Shown: positions 10,766 through 21,235 of the stretch, piece after piece
Layout of the letters: every line of letters starts with the position of its first letter
How positions within the stretch are numbered: position 1 is the stretch's first letter
Assembly: GCA_963667015.2 (NCBI GenBank)
Contig: CAXXJJ010000004.1
Coordinates: 3,872,001 to 3,936,000, forward strand
Length of the DNA stretch: 64,000 nt
Source of the DNA: Desulfatiglandales bacterium
GTDB taxonomy: Bacteria > Desulfobacterota > DSM-4660 > Desulfatiglandales > HGW-15
Reading direction: 5' to 3'
Made by a program: the position numbers and the translations under genes
Notes under the pieces: model-generated
The model's database searches: none
What the model was told of the DNA's origin: nothing
The model's input: only the letters and a program-made list of their open reading frames with translations

Positions 10766-11461
10766 TTACTCCAGGCAGTCTGTTATAGCCCTGATTGTGT
10801 CAATCACCTGATCTCTTGTCGAAAGAAAATCTGCTTTCGAATTCCTGGGTGTATTGCCATCATAGATTCTTAATGTCCTTAGTCCAATCCTTGCTGCGCC
10901 ACCTATATCAGCAATTTCAGAGTCTCCAACCATTAAAACTTCTTCAGGTTTCAAACCCATTTTATCCAGGGTGTCCATGAAAGCCTCCCTGCCTGGTTTG
11001 CGATAGCCAATTTCACAGGACCAGGTTATGCAATCAAAATAATCACTTAAACCTTTATTAATCAAATCATCATGAAATATCCGGGCCGGCCCTGTCATAT
11101 TCCCCAATAAAGCAAGTTTTATAGATTTTCCTCTCAATTCTGAAAGAAGAGGTTTTGTGTAATCATAAATCTTATTTTGATCTGCAAATGATCTTAAATG
11201 CTGAATGCCTATTTCTTCCTTAAAATTTACACCATACTTGCTAAAAGCTTCTTTCCAAACCTTTAGCCAGGCCGGTTGGTCCTTTTGTTCAGGAGTATAT
11301 AAATCTAAAATTATTTTTTCGATTTCATTTCCTATTTCAAAAGCCTTATTATGGTTAAAAACTGATACTAACGCATCACTCAAGCTGGGTGATTCAACGA
11401 GTGTGTTCCCATAATCGAAAATGATACCTTTTATCATCCTGTTTACCTTTCTATGCTCCAC
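10766..11461 (-). CDS. HAD-family hydrolase (start probably at MIKGIIFD)
   Basis: IFDYGNTL, KP, MVGDSEIADI.GA. Confidence 0.88.
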   Translation of the reverse strand: MEHRKVNRMIKGIIFDYGNTLVESPSLSDALVSVFNHNKAFEIGNEIEKIILDLYTPEQKDQPAWLKVWKEAFSKYGVNFKEEIGIQHLRSFADQNKIYDYTKPLLSELRGKSIKLALLGNMTGPARIFHDDLINKGLSDYFDCITWSCEIGYRKPGREAFMDTLDKMGLKPEEVLMVGDSEIADIGGAARIGLRTLRIYDGNTPRNSKADFLSTRDQVIDTIRAITDCLE

Positions 11462-11462
11462 G

Positions 11463-11538
11463 CCTCAACGATGTGAATTAAATATCAAGAAGCATCTCAT
11501 CGTTCGATTGCTGCACATGCCCTTGATACTGGTTATTC
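11463..11538 (-). repeat. attC-like hairpin
   Basis: Minus strand TAAC...TATCAAGGGCAT...ATGCTTCTTGATA...GTTGAGG. Confidence 0.45.
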
Positions 11539-11618
11539 GATTTTGCCATTAATTATTGCGGACATATAATTTAAAGGGTTTTTACCTAATCAAGGTTTCC
11601 GCAAACCTGTTTAATGCA

Positions 11619-12167
11619 CTATGAATTTTTTTGATAATCAGATTTAAGCAATGAATACTCTACATGATCAACAAAATGATCATATAGCCATTGATTTTGT
11701 CTTAAAATGCCGTCCGGTTTAAAACCCAGCCGCTCAGCTACTGATCTGCTTTTCTTATTCTCTGTTGCACAGTGAATAACTATTTTATTTAATCCAAGGC
11801 TATCAAATCCTGTTTGTATGAGTTTTTCATTCACCCTCGTCATAATGCCATTGCCTTCAGCATCCCTGCTTAACCAGTATCCGAGCTCTCCGATACTATT
11901 TATTTTATTTAAAGGTAAAAAACCTGAAATACCAGCAAGTTGGTTATTGTAAAATATCCCGACCTGAAAGCCCAGGTCATCAGCATACTGCTGCATCGTC
12001 CTCTGGATAAAATTTTCAATATCCTTTATGCTTTTGGTATCATCAACCCATTGCAGCCACTTCCTGAGATGCTCCCGATTTTTTTCAACCAGTGCAAACA
12101 AATCCTTTGAATGCAAAAGATGTAAAAGCTCTATGTGGAGATCTGATTCTATTTGTATACTGAACAT
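11619..12167 (-). CDS. GNAT acetyltransferase, RimJ/RimL-like
   Basis: NREHLRKWL.W, ELGYWL...EGNGIMT, N.KSR.VAERLGF. Confidence 0.9.
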   Translation of the reverse strand: MFSIQIESDLHIELLHLLHSKDLFALVEKNREHLRKWLQWVDDTKSIKDIENFIQRTMQQYADDLGFQVGIFYNNQLAGISGFLPLNKINSIGELGYWLSRDAEGNGIMTRVNEKLIQTGFDSLGLNKIVIHCATENKKSRSVAERLGFKPDGILRQNQWLYDHFVDHVEYSLLKSDYQKNS

Positions 12168-12228
12168 TTTTCACTCATTTCTTTTATAATATTTTGTATT
12201 ACGTTCCGGTTGAGGTTTGTCTTGCTGA

Positions 12229-12411
12229 TCAGTATAGATACCCTTGCGTGTTTTCAATAACCTGTCGAATTTTATTTTCTGTGAATTCGGTATGGATATA
12301 TTTTGAGATTTTATCGAATACCCCGGTAGCGGCATAGGTATCTACCCATACACACATTCCTACTGCAGAAATATTCAGGGCATCAGAATTTATTGCTTTC
12401 CTTATTTCCAT
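12229..12411 (-). pseudogene. GNAT acetyltransferase N-terminal fragment
   Basis: MEIRKA...DA.NIS....VW.DTYA..G, then early stop. Confidence 0.5.
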
Positions 12412-12498
12412 AGTATTACACACACAACACCCAGGCTTCTCCAACTCTAAGAATATAACTAACTGACAACCGGGATGCTTTTCGCTAAATCCCTTTGA

Positions 12499-13068
12499 TT
12501 ATATTTTCTCAGGTTCCCATGGGTCTACTTTAATTTGAGGCCATCGTTCCAGAAAGTCTGCTGTTATTTTATTATAGTTTTTTTCACTCATTATTTTTTT
12601 ATTCGGTCTAATATGCATGCTAACAGTATCCTGCAGACCAAATGGCGCAAAGACTTTATATTTATCTTCTTCTTTTCGAATACCTAATGCAAATGCTGGA
12701 ATCCACGATAAAAAGACCTCTTCCACACTTTTATATGGTGCGATCTCATTGCCAAATTTACCAGGATACCATTTATGAACAAATACCTGATTTTTAACAT
12801 CAACAGGAATACCGTGTTTTAATCTTTTGTTGATTGCTGTTTCATGTATTTCTTCCTGGTCTCTTTCTTCTTCACAAAAATATATTACATCAAAATCTAT
12901 TACTTTTTTCAGCAATGGAAAGTTTAGCAAACTATTCCATATGCATTGGGTAATGGCACCGCCGGCAAGATAATAATTACGTAAGCCATATTCAGCGCAC
13001 ACTGATAATGTTTCTTCAATTTCAGGAGACTGTCGAATTATTGAAATTATATAATCTTCCATCTTCAA
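12499..13068 (-). CDS. Nucleotidyltransferase family protein (DUF925-like)
   Basis: YLAGGAI.Q.IWN, DFDVIYF, VKNQ..VH.WY, APFGL, RWP. Confidence 0.8.
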   Translation of the reverse strand: MKMEDYIISIIRQSPEIEETLSVCAEYGLRNYYLAGGAITQCIWNSLLNFPLLKKVIDFDVIYFCEEERDQEEIHETAINKRLKHGIPVDVKNQVFVHKWYPGKFGNEIAPYKSVEEVFLSWIPAFALGIRKEEDKYKVFAPFGLQDTVSMHIRPNKKIMSEKNYNKITADFLERWPQIKVDPWEPEKI

Positions 13069-13125
13069 CCGCCAGGATATTGCTTAACAAGCAATGGATA
13101 CTACGGAGTCTTGCGGAACTAAAAG

Positions 13126-13584
13126 TTACATGCCTTTTAACATGCCACCATGGTAATAGAGAACGTACACTTCTTCGTTTTTTTAAAATATTTTTTCAAT
13201 CCCATGGAAATGTTTAAAAGATCCATATTGCTGATTCTCGTATCGATAATTTTGATTTTCAAAAAACGCAGGGCCTCTAAACGGATATTCAGGTGTAATT
13301 AATCGCATTGCTTCCCTGAGAAAAGAGTATGTTTTATTCGGATCTGATCCACTTGGTAAAATCTCTCCAAAATAGTTCATAATCCAAAGTAGCTCACTGC
13401 CTTCTCCGAATACTTTTTCAGAGCCAGCAAAGGGATTGAAACCATTAAACTGATCTAAATACCGATATCCGCCGGAAGTAATTTCAAAACCAACAGAACC
13501 ATCATCAAACTTCACTTCTTTTCCTTGTTCGTTGCCTGCGTAACTGGATAATTTAGATTGCAGGATGAAATCGATTAAGTTCAT
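13126..13584 (-). CDS. DUF5680-like protein; 3' end frameshifted in an A/T run near 13180-13198
   Basis: Y.D...G..PF.G.E, W.MNY.G, FLREA....PFRGP; alternative frame ends ...YYHGGMLKGM* at 13126. Confidence 0.65.
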
Positions 13585-13615
13585 TTATATTTTTCCTTTT
13601 GTAATGCCCTGGTGC

Positions 13616-13676
13616 CTGTAACGCTTTGGCTCAGGAGTAATGTGCTTTTCACGCTGTCACCTGTAGCCGGTTGATA
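13616..13676 (-). repeat. attC-like hairpin
   Basis: Minus strand TCAAC-CGGCTACAGGTG...CTCCTGAGCC-AAAGC-GTTACAG with a bulged base. Confidence 0.55.
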
Positions 13677-13681
13677 CATAT

Positions 13682-14203
13682 CTATTTTGATTTAATTAAC
13701 TTTAAACAAATATCTTTGAAGGCCTTAACATTACTATTTGATACAGGTAGCAATGCTTTTTCCCTCATTTTTATTTCGTATTCCTGTGCATCTCTACGGT
13801 CAACATACTCCAGGCCAGGTTTTAATAGGATAAATTTTAAGATATCCTGATTTGGATTTATTTTAGACATTTCTATGAGAAAAAATTCCGGGCGGGCTCG
13901 AATGGTGCTGCTCAGAATTGCTATTAGATCTTCGAGTAATCCACCATCAGATTTCTGAATGAGCCTGTAGGTGAGTTTTATAGCTTCTGTATCACATGCA
14001 AGGACCTGATTGCGCAATATTGCTAGATCTGGAGACCTATACCCATAATTTTCAGGAATTGTACCCGGAGTATATTCGATATTTAGAACTTTAGTGGCAT
14101 TCCCTGAATTTGGTAGAGATAAATAGTTCTCCCATGGAGTTCCTGCAAATGCTGAGCTACACAATAGGGCAAATAATAAAATTGTATATGTTAGTTTTTT
14201 CAT
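13682..14203 (-). CDS. Hypothetical secreted protein
   Basis: MKKLTYTILLFALLCSSAFA signal peptide; ORF track. Confidence 0.65.
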   Translation of the reverse strand: MKKLTYTILLFALLCSSAFAGTPWENYLSLPNSGNATKVLNIEYTPGTIPENYGYRSPDLAILRNQVLACDTEAIKLTYRLIQKSDGGLLEDLIAILSSTIRARPEFFLIEMSKINPNQDILKFILLKPGLEYVDRRDAQEYEIKMREKALLPVSNSNVKAFKDICLKLIKSK

Positions 14204-14206
14204 ATC

Positions 14207-14257
14207 TTGTAACATATGGTTTAACCGGCAAGGCGGAACGTCTTGCCGGCGTTAAAA
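14207..14257 (-). repeat. attC-like hairpin
   Basis: TTTAACGCCGGCAAG...CTTGCCGGTTAAA followed by GTTACAA. Confidence 0.45.
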
Positions 14258-14581
14258 CTTTTAGGGATTGTTTAAAAAAAGTATTCTAATGATACCCCAA
14301 ACACATCTGCTTCAATCCCTGTCTCAAGGTTCGGTGAAACAATAGTGTCTGAAGCGTCAATATTGTAATGTTCCCATTGAATACGGATTTTGAGATGATC
14401 TGACATCTTATATCTTAATCCCATACCATAGAGAATATCTCCCTCTGAATTTGAAGAGGAATAGGATAAATATGCATGTTATTAATCGGAAAGTCAAAAA
14501 AATGCATACTTTTATCAACGAGACTGCTCCAAAAGCAGTCCCGTTTTTTAACCCTTTGGCGACTTTTCTTAAACCTGCAGA

Positions 14582-17500
14582 TTACTCCTGCCAGAATCTT
14601 CCGTTAAGTGTTCTGATTATTTTTACTCTGCCCTTATCATCTATTCCCACTTCCTCGCTCACACTGGATTTTTCTTCATGTTTTAGATTTCTGGAAAACA
14701 TCCTGCTTGTTATGTTGATATCATATGTCACCATATACGTGTCCTGCGGCAGTGGAGATATTTTTAAATTGGATATGCTGTACTGTATTTCATCAAAGGT
14801 CCTGAAAGTTCTGCTCAGGTTCATTTCAAGATCCGTCAGGGTTGTGCCGTCCCCGGCTTCCCAGTCTTCATCAATGAGATTCATGACCTGATAGTCATCC
14901 ATTGACTCATATGCCTTTTTGAAATCCCCGTAAAAATCTTTTATTACCTCCGGCCCTTTATCAATATCTGTATTCAGCCTGTTCTGCTCATCAATGTATT
15001 TTTCCTTCGCAAGCGCTATAAGTGCTGCAAGCTCTTTAAAGGCTTCATCGATTTTTTTATCTGTTTTATCAAGTTCTTCATACTCGATCTTTAGATCATC
15101 AGCCTGTGTACCGAGCACCATTACCGAAGAAAAATTACCCATGGCTATCTGATCGTTGCTGAACTTTATGAGATGATCGATCTTGTTTTTAAGAACAGTA
15201 AAGAGGGCATTCTCATCACCTGCTTTAGTTACTACGGCAGATATTCTCTCCTTTTTTTCTTTCAGCTTTTTGATTATCTTTTCTGCTGTTTTCTGCATAC
15301 TCGAATCAAAGCTGAAAAAATTTACAAATTTGGTTTCAGAATCTGTCATGGAAAAGATGATTCCTTCAAGGTCTTCCTTTTCCTTCAAGGCCGCATAGGC
15401 CGGCTGGTAATTTTCATAGCTGTCTACCGGCAGGTCATTGATGCCTGAAAGCACATTATTAAGGTGTTCAGGCCTGATGGAAACAGTTCCGCTATCTGTG
15501 GATATATCAATAAAGGGTTCCTTGAAGAGTGCCTCAATACCCAGGGACCTCTTTCTGCTGAAGTTAAGTATTCCGGTGCTTTCGAGTTCATCCTTTATTG
15601 TCCTGCCTGATATCCCTGTGGGGAATGTCTCGGCATTGCGTTTGGCCGAAAGGGATTTTGCCATTGCATTTGCCAGCGAATATTTCAGGCGATCCTTTGC
15701 ATTTACGAACTGCAGATATACATTTGTCAGATAAATCCTGTCTTCTTCCACCCGAGCGTTTACACCATCCGCCTGAGCAATATAGGCCTCAAGCTGCGAC
15801 GCAAGGCCTCCCGCAAGTGGCTTCAGTTTTTTATAACTGTCCATACCCTCTTTTATTATTTCCAGCATTCTTATATTCTCATCATACTCAGCCTTATATG
15901 ATTTGGAGATATCATCAGGGTCAACACTGTGAAATTCAGCAAGGGCTTTATCTACCGAATCAATAACTGTATTGATATCGTTTGTGGATTTGCTGTCTTC
16001 CATGTATTGCAGCCGGGAAATTGTCCACAGGGACCAATCTCTTATTACTGTAACTTTTGATTCTGCCACCTGTTTTAGGGTATGGTTAATCGCCTCTGTC
16101 AAATCATCCAGAATTTTCTGAAAACTGGCAGACATAGCCATATCGGGCTGTAACTGGACCAGGTCCTTCAGAAAATCAAGGTCAAGATATGCATAAACAC
16201 TGCCTGTATTTTTTGCGAGAATATCTTTTATTTCATCTATTTCCTCTTCTGATAAAAAGCCCTCTGACAATCGGCTTCCGCTGTGGCTGTTGGCGAACTC
16301 TCTATGTATTGAAAGAGCATTTTTATAACATTCTTTAAGGTATGACTGGATATTTTGGAACTTGTTGGCATAGGCCCCGATATACTGATTTATTTCATCG
16401 ATGATTTTTTCACATTGGCTTAAATCGATTGTTGCAGTATCCTGAAACATCGTGCGATAGGCATTAAATTTCGCCATGAGTTTATCACGTTCCCCTTTTA
16501 AACCGTTCAGGGTCTGCTCAAGAGTGTTCAATGTCTCCCGGAGCCGGTTAAGGGTGCTGGTTTCGGATGTTGTGGCTATTCTGTTTTTTACATCTTTTAT
16601 CTTTTCATTTATTTCATTTATTTTGTCATCAAATTCCTGAATCTTTTCATTAAATATATTTTCGTTAGCCTTATAATCCTTATCATATGAGTCCGAAAAA
16701 GTTTTACGGGTTTCCTCAATTTCTTCAAATATCTTTGCAAGCTCCCCGGGAGGCAGTCCCGCCTTAACATCGGCTTCGATGGCCGGTAAATAGTCTTCAA
16801 AAAATTTAGGACATGGATACCTTGTGAATTCAAATAACTGTCCCTGAACCGCAAGGGTCTTAACCTCCTCTTCAAGGCGGGTATTTATCAATTCTATTGA
16901 CACGTTGTTTTTTAAATTGAAAAGCATTGTATAAGAATCTTTTAATTTCTCAAGAAGCGATTGCCTCATGCTCCCGTGGCTGCCTTTGGTGGGAAGATAC
17001 TTCACATAGCTCATACAGGCAACTATCTCTTTCATGTCCTTTGGAAGCTTTTCCACCCTCATTTTTTCCAGTTCAACAGCCGTAGCCTTTTTACCGGTCT
17101 CCTCGTATTGCCGGATTTTTTCGGGCAGAGATTCAACATACTTCTGAATATCCGGAAGTCTTTTCAGTGCGGTCTGATAAAGTGAAAGGGCCTTTCTCAA
17201 TTCTTCTGGACTGATCTTGCCTGCCATAGCCCTGATAGCCTGCGACTGTTTGGCCACCACAACCCTGGCTTCCTGTTTTTGGGCTACCTTATTCAGTTCG
17301 AGCAAGAGAGAAGTGATATGGGATTTGAGCCGGTTTTTTTCTGCAAGGATAGCAGCCTCTTCCAGAAAATCATTATCTACTGTCAACCTATCCCACAGAG
17401 AAGGCTCCGGCCAGTCCTGGCCAAGCTCTGTTGTTACATAGGTCTTGAACAGGGCGGACCATGACTGCTCCCTGAGGCATTTTCTGAAAAGGTGCTCAAC

Positions 17501-18076
17501 CGCAGCCGCATCGGTTTTAATAGGATTCCCCGTGCCAAGTTTCCGGTTCCTGTCTCTAAGAACCGGATTAGCTTCTACTGAATAATAGAGCCTTTCCAGG
17601 TCAAGGGCGATTTTACTCTGTGCAACCGCCTTACTGGATGAGCGGGCGATATCAATGGAGGTAATAAGGGCTGTGAGAGGAAGAGTTCCAACCCCGACTC
17701 CGGCAATCAGTATCTTCTTGGTTGCTCCGTCTGCCATGAACTTGACGGCAAGATTAGCCGCCACAGTGGCAGAGTCCAGGGCCGTATCCATGTCCGCAGT
17801 CCCTGATGCAAGGCTGTCTCCGATTTTACCGATCTTGTATATATAATCGAATATCTCGACCCCCTTCAGGACAGATGTCACCCCGGTCAATCCTTCAGCC
17901 GGCAGCGAATCTATTATTTCACCATATACAATTGGAAAGGCCGGAATAAAATAATTATCCAGGTCTTCGGCCATCTCCTGCCCATTAACGGCAAATGCCG
18001 CCGGTGCGGGCACCGACAGCATTATGCATAAAATCAGGGATAATCCCCTGAGGGAATATTTTTTAAATTTTAACAT
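14582..18076 (-). CDS. Large secreted helical/coiled-coil protein with C-terminal NTF2/SnoaL-like domain (paralog of 21236-25159)
   Basis: Signal peptide, hydrophobic Ala/Gly-rich N-terminal hairpin, long heptad regions; C-terminal FY..F.KAYE..D...M..I...WEAGDGTTL shared with its paralog. Confidence 0.8.
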   Translation of the reverse strand: MLKFKKYSLRGLSLILCIMLSVPAPAAFAVNGQEMAEDLDNYFIPAFPIVYGEIIDSLPAEGLTGVTSVLKGVEIFDYIYKIGKIGDSLASGTADMDTALDSATVAANLAVKFMADGATKKILIAGVGVGTLPLTALITSIDIARSSSKAVAQSKIALDLERLYYSVEANPVLRDRNRKLGTGNPIKTDAAAVEHLFRKCLREQSWSALFKTYVTTELGQDWPEPSLWDRLTVDNDFLEEAAILAEKNRLKSHITSLLLELNKVAQKQEARVVVAKQSQAIRAMAGKISPEELRKALSLYQTALKRLPDIQKYVESLPEKIRQYEETGKKATAVELEKMRVEKLPKDMKEIVACMSYVKYLPTKGSHGSMRQSLLEKLKDSYTMLFNLKNNVSIELINTRLEEEVKTLAVQGQLFEFTRYPCPKFFEDYLPAIEADVKAGLPPGELAKIFEEIEETRKTFSDSYDKDYKANENIFNEKIQEFDDKINEINEKIKDVKNRIATTSETSTLNRLRETLNTLEQTLNGLKGERDKLMAKFNAYRTMFQDTATIDLSQCEKIIDEINQYIGAYANKFQNIQSYLKECYKNALSIHREFANSHSGSRLSEGFLSEEEIDEIKDILAKNTGSVYAYLDLDFLKDLVQLQPDMAMSASFQKILDDLTEAINHTLKQVAESKVTVIRDWSLWTISRLQYMEDSKSTNDINTVIDSVDKALAEFHSVDPDDISKSYKAEYDENIRMLEIIKEGMDSYKKLKPLAGGLASQLEAYIAQADGVNARVEEDRIYLTNVYLQFVNAKDRLKYSLANAMAKSLSAKRNAETFPTGISGRTIKDELESTGILNFSRKRSLGIEALFKEPFIDISTDSGTVSIRPEHLNNVLSGINDLPVDSYENYQPAYAALKEKEDLEGIIFSMTDSETKFVNFFSFDSSMQKTAEKIIKKLKEKKERISAVVTKAGDENALFTVLKNKIDHLIKFSNDQIAMGNFSSVMVLGTQADDLKIEYEELDKTDKKIDEAFKELAALIALAKEKYIDEQNRLNTDIDKGPEVIKDFYGDFKKAYESMDDYQVMNLIDEDWEAGDGTTLTDLEMNLSRTFRTFDEIQYSISNLKISPLPQDTYMVTYDINITSRMFSRNLKHEEKSSVSEEVGIDDKGRVKIIRTLNGRFWQE

Positions 18077-19425
18077 TATGAAGCTGCGGGTAAAAATACA
18101 GGCGATCCGTCACTCCTGTATTTATAGTCTATTCTCAGGGTCATAGTTGCTGTTCCGCCTGAAAAGTCTGCAGATACAGAGCTTACATATAAAAGACCGT
18201 ACCTTGAACCTGAAAACTGGAATGCATAGACATGCCCTTCATAAAGTTCAACTGCGCCGCCCATACCGTCTGAGTACCCTGTTTCCGGGGCCTGTGACAC
18301 ATCATTGAGGGATATATTCCCTAGATCCCGAATCAGAACACCTGTGCCCAGAAAGCCGTAACCATAGCTCTCATCACCGCCGGTAATTATAAAGTCCCCG
18401 TCAAATTCAGTGACTTCACCTGCTGCAAAATCAAAACCCACGGGCGGATGACCGGCGGCAAAAATAGTAATTCCGTTTCCTGACTCAACGTTTTCGTCAA
18501 TATCATCACCCTGGTTGATGTCGTCTATTGCATCGTCATAGTCTCTTTCAACAATATTGCCCCTTTCATCAACAACAATAACAGGATCATTGTTGTTTGA
18601 TATCACCGAACCTGTTGCCACTTCAGAGGCATCGCTCAGGCCGAAGATAAGAGGATTTTTCATGCTGTAGGCCATGGGATGAATCTGCCCGAGCTGAAAC
18701 ACGAACTCAGTTGATCCGCGGTCCGAAAATGTATGGCCTGTTTTGGCGGAGATTACAAAGCGGTTAAAGGTCAGAGACACAAAAATCATGCCCTTTGAAT
18801 CCGCTGTAACGGTATTAAGTGTGTACCTGAGATCAATATTATCAAATATGCTGAAGTCACTGCGGATTGCCCTGTCCAGGATAGTATAGTCGCCGGCAAA
18901 ATCATCACTCACATAGGACATGAAGGCCATAGCATCCTCGTTTCTATAGGCATTTATCATTGCATCAACCGCGTCTCTAATGACTGACATGATATCGCTG
19001 TCCGACACAGTGACCTCCTTCCGGGTATCATCTACCTCATTGGTCTTTCCCCGGGTATCCGTAATTTCAACATATATTTCATATGTCCTGCCTGTTTCAG
19101 GAGGAAAACTGTAAGAGAATGTACCGTCCTTGGTAAGTTCAGCCTGCTGCCAGGTCTTTTTATTGTCCTGGGTAACCCTGACATCCGCTATTTCACCCGT
19201 CTTTATTGTTGCCTTGCCTTTTACATATATACGGCCATCCGGTATTGAGTCCCTGTATACGGTTATCTTTTCGGTACTTTCTTCAAAGGATGTCTTGTTG
19301 AGATACAGGTATTTTATATTGATTTCATCCTGTGACTGTCCAAAGATCCACCACTTTGCCTGGCTGGATGTACAGAACAGCATCGCCAGTAAAAAATAAT
19401 AAATTATTAGCTTGGTATTTTTCAT
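18076..19425 (-). CDS. Secreted Ig-like + NTF2-like protein with variable C-terminus (paralog of 25218-26462)
   Basis: Signal peptide ending AKWWIFGQ; V.V..D...W..A Ig-like segment; FMSYVSDDFAGD NTF2-like segment; SMKNPLIFGLSDA. Confidence 0.8.
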   Translation of the reverse strand: MKNTKLIIYYFLLAMLFCTSSQAKWWIFGQSQDEINIKYLYLNKTSFEESTEKITVYRDSIPDGRIYVKGKATIKTGEIADVRVTQDNKKTWQQAELTKDGTFSYSFPPETGRTYEIYVEITDTRGKTNEVDDTRKEVTVSDSDIMSVIRDAVDAMINAYRNEDAMAFMSYVSDDFAGDYTILDRAIRSDFSIFDNIDLRYTLNTVTADSKGMIFVSLTFNRFVISAKTGHTFSDRGSTEFVFQLGQIHPMAYSMKNPLIFGLSDASEVATGSVISNNNDPVIVVDERGNIVERDYDDAIDDINQGDDIDENVESGNGITIFAAGHPPVGFDFAAGEVTEFDGDFIITGGDESYGYGFLGTGVLIRDLGNISLNDVSQAPETGYSDGMGGAVELYEGHVYAFQFSGSRYGLLYVSSVSADFSGGTATMTLRIDYKYRSDGSPVFLPAAS

Positions 19426-19440
19426 GATGATTCTCCTTTA

Positions 19441-21081
19441 TTAATACTGAATGTTTAAGCCTGTTGTAATACTGTTTTCACGGAAATCATTATTGTCAAT
19501 ATCATAGGAGTAATCATTTATATAGGCCCTGAGAAAAATAACCCCATACCTTATTGAAGAAAGAAATTCGGGTTTGTAATAGATATTAAGTCTGGCAAAA
19601 CTCTTTAGGGAATCAGAGCTGCTTTCCTTTTCAAGTTTATTCTGGCCTATCTTAATGTCCGATGTAATCTTCCAGCCGGGAAAATCAAGGCCTGTACCAA
19701 GTGAATATTCATATATTTTGTCTGTTGCGTTGGAGAGCTCATCCTTTGATGTCCAGCCGCCAAGCATAAGATTGGGTTTAAGTATATATCCATCCCTGTG
19801 TAGACGTGCACTCAAAGATGTATTATAGGTATATTCACTGCTTTTCTGCCTCGGCGCACTCCTGTAATCATAGGATGTAACTCCTATATTGCTGTCGCCG
19901 TCAAGCATCCAGAACCGGTCCCTGTAGTTCAGGTTTAAAATATGATCGACCCTTGAAGTGGAAGTCTTGTCCTCTTCAGTAATATCCAACTTATAGGAAA
20001 CGTCTGCCGAGGCATATTTTCTTCCGAACACCCTGCGTGTCAAAAAGCTGACTTCAGGTTTGTAATGATCGGTCCTGTTGGCCAGTGTGGAATCAAGATT
20101 GTTCCTGTACCATAAAAAACCCGATGTGATCGTGTGGCGGCTGGTGAGTTTATAGCGCCATTTTACCTTTGCCTTTTCTCTGTCAGAGGTTGCTGACCCT
20201 ACAACTGTTTTATATTCCGGTGAAACTCTTTCATACTCGATCGTTACACGGCTGGGTCCCCCATCGCCGATGGCGGTCAGCTTGTGGGCATAACCATTCA
20301 TTTCCCTGTCTGCTGATGTGGAAGATTCCGAATAGGTTGTATCTGCATAGGATGATTCACCTGTTATGGTCAGACCCGGGATCGGATTGTATTCCCAGTC
20401 AAAGGTGTATGACACTATATCATATAATTCATCTGTATCATTTACCCTTTCTGAATCCTCAGAACTAACCAGACTGAAGCCGACATCAAGATCTTCAAGC
20501 AAAGAATAGCTGATTTTACCACCAACCACTTCTCTTTCTATTGTATCAATATAACTCTGGCCAAAACCGTGGAAATTGTCCCACCTGGGACTTGCATAAC
20601 CGTATAAAAAAACAACCTCGGGCAGGCCCGAATCCTTTCCGCTGAATCTGTATGATCCGCCCTTAACCGAAGTGCTGAGGCCGTATTGGGAAAATGCATG
20701 AAATGTATCTCCAACATTAAAGCTATGGATACCGTTTGTCATTCCTGCTTTGAGGTTTGTTAACAGAAAGGTCTGGGGGTCGGTGCGCCTGTCATCTGTA
20801 AACTGTGCACCTATGTTGAAATGATAGTCAAAGGTTCCGAATTTTCCGTTTCCGTTTAACCCTAGAATATCAAGGTACCTGTATCCATCCGTGAGTGATG
20901 ATTTATCTTTTCCCGGGCCTGTTATATTATTGTAGGTATAGGAAAAATCGTTAGATACATGAATCTCTGCCAGGGAATATGAGGCGTTTAATGCAATCAG
21001 GCAGATTACAAAAAAGATAAATAACCCTGTTTTATTGATCCGGTTAAACAACCTGCCATTCAAAAATCCGTTTAAATCCAT
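19441..21081 (-). CDS. Outer-membrane beta-barrel protein, uncharacterised (start probably 21081)
   Basis: Signal peptide, alternating aromatic beta-strands throughout, C-terminal ...ITTGLNIQY beta-signal; GGAGGAG RBS before MDLNG. Confidence 0.8.
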   Translation of the reverse strand: MDLNGFLNGRLFNRINKTGLFIFFVICLIALNASYSLAEIHVSNDFSYTYNNITGPGKDKSSLTDGYRYLDILGLNGNGKFGTFDYHFNIGAQFTDDRRTDPQTFLLTNLKAGMTNGIHSFNVGDTFHAFSQYGLSTSVKGGSYRFSGKDSGLPEVVFLYGYASPRWDNFHGFGQSYIDTIEREVVGGKISYSLLEDLDVGFSLVSSEDSERVNDTDELYDIVSYTFDWEYNPIPGLTITGESSYADTTYSESSTSADREMNGYAHKLTAIGDGGPSRVTIEYERVSPEYKTVVGSATSDREKAKVKWRYKLTSRHTITSGFLWYRNNLDSTLANRTDHYKPEVSFLTRRVFGRKYASADVSYKLDITEEDKTSTSRVDHILNLNYRDRFWMLDGDSNIGVTSYDYRSAPRQKSSEYTYNTSLSARLHRDGYILKPNLMLGGWTSKDELSNATDKIYEYSLGTGLDFPGWKITSDIKIGQNKLEKESSSDSLKSFARLNIYYKPEFLSSIRYGVIFLRAYINDYSYDIDNNDFRENSITTGLNIQY

Positions 21082-21235
21082 ACTCTCCTCCAAAAACAAT
21101 AAATTTATGTGCATTCAGTTAATTAGTATTCGCTATTACCTTTGGCATTTTTACTGCCGGATAATTCAACTTCTGTTTTTAATATGAGCCCATTTCAGCA
21201 GGCGGAAAACAATCCTATTCATGACCTGCGAATTT

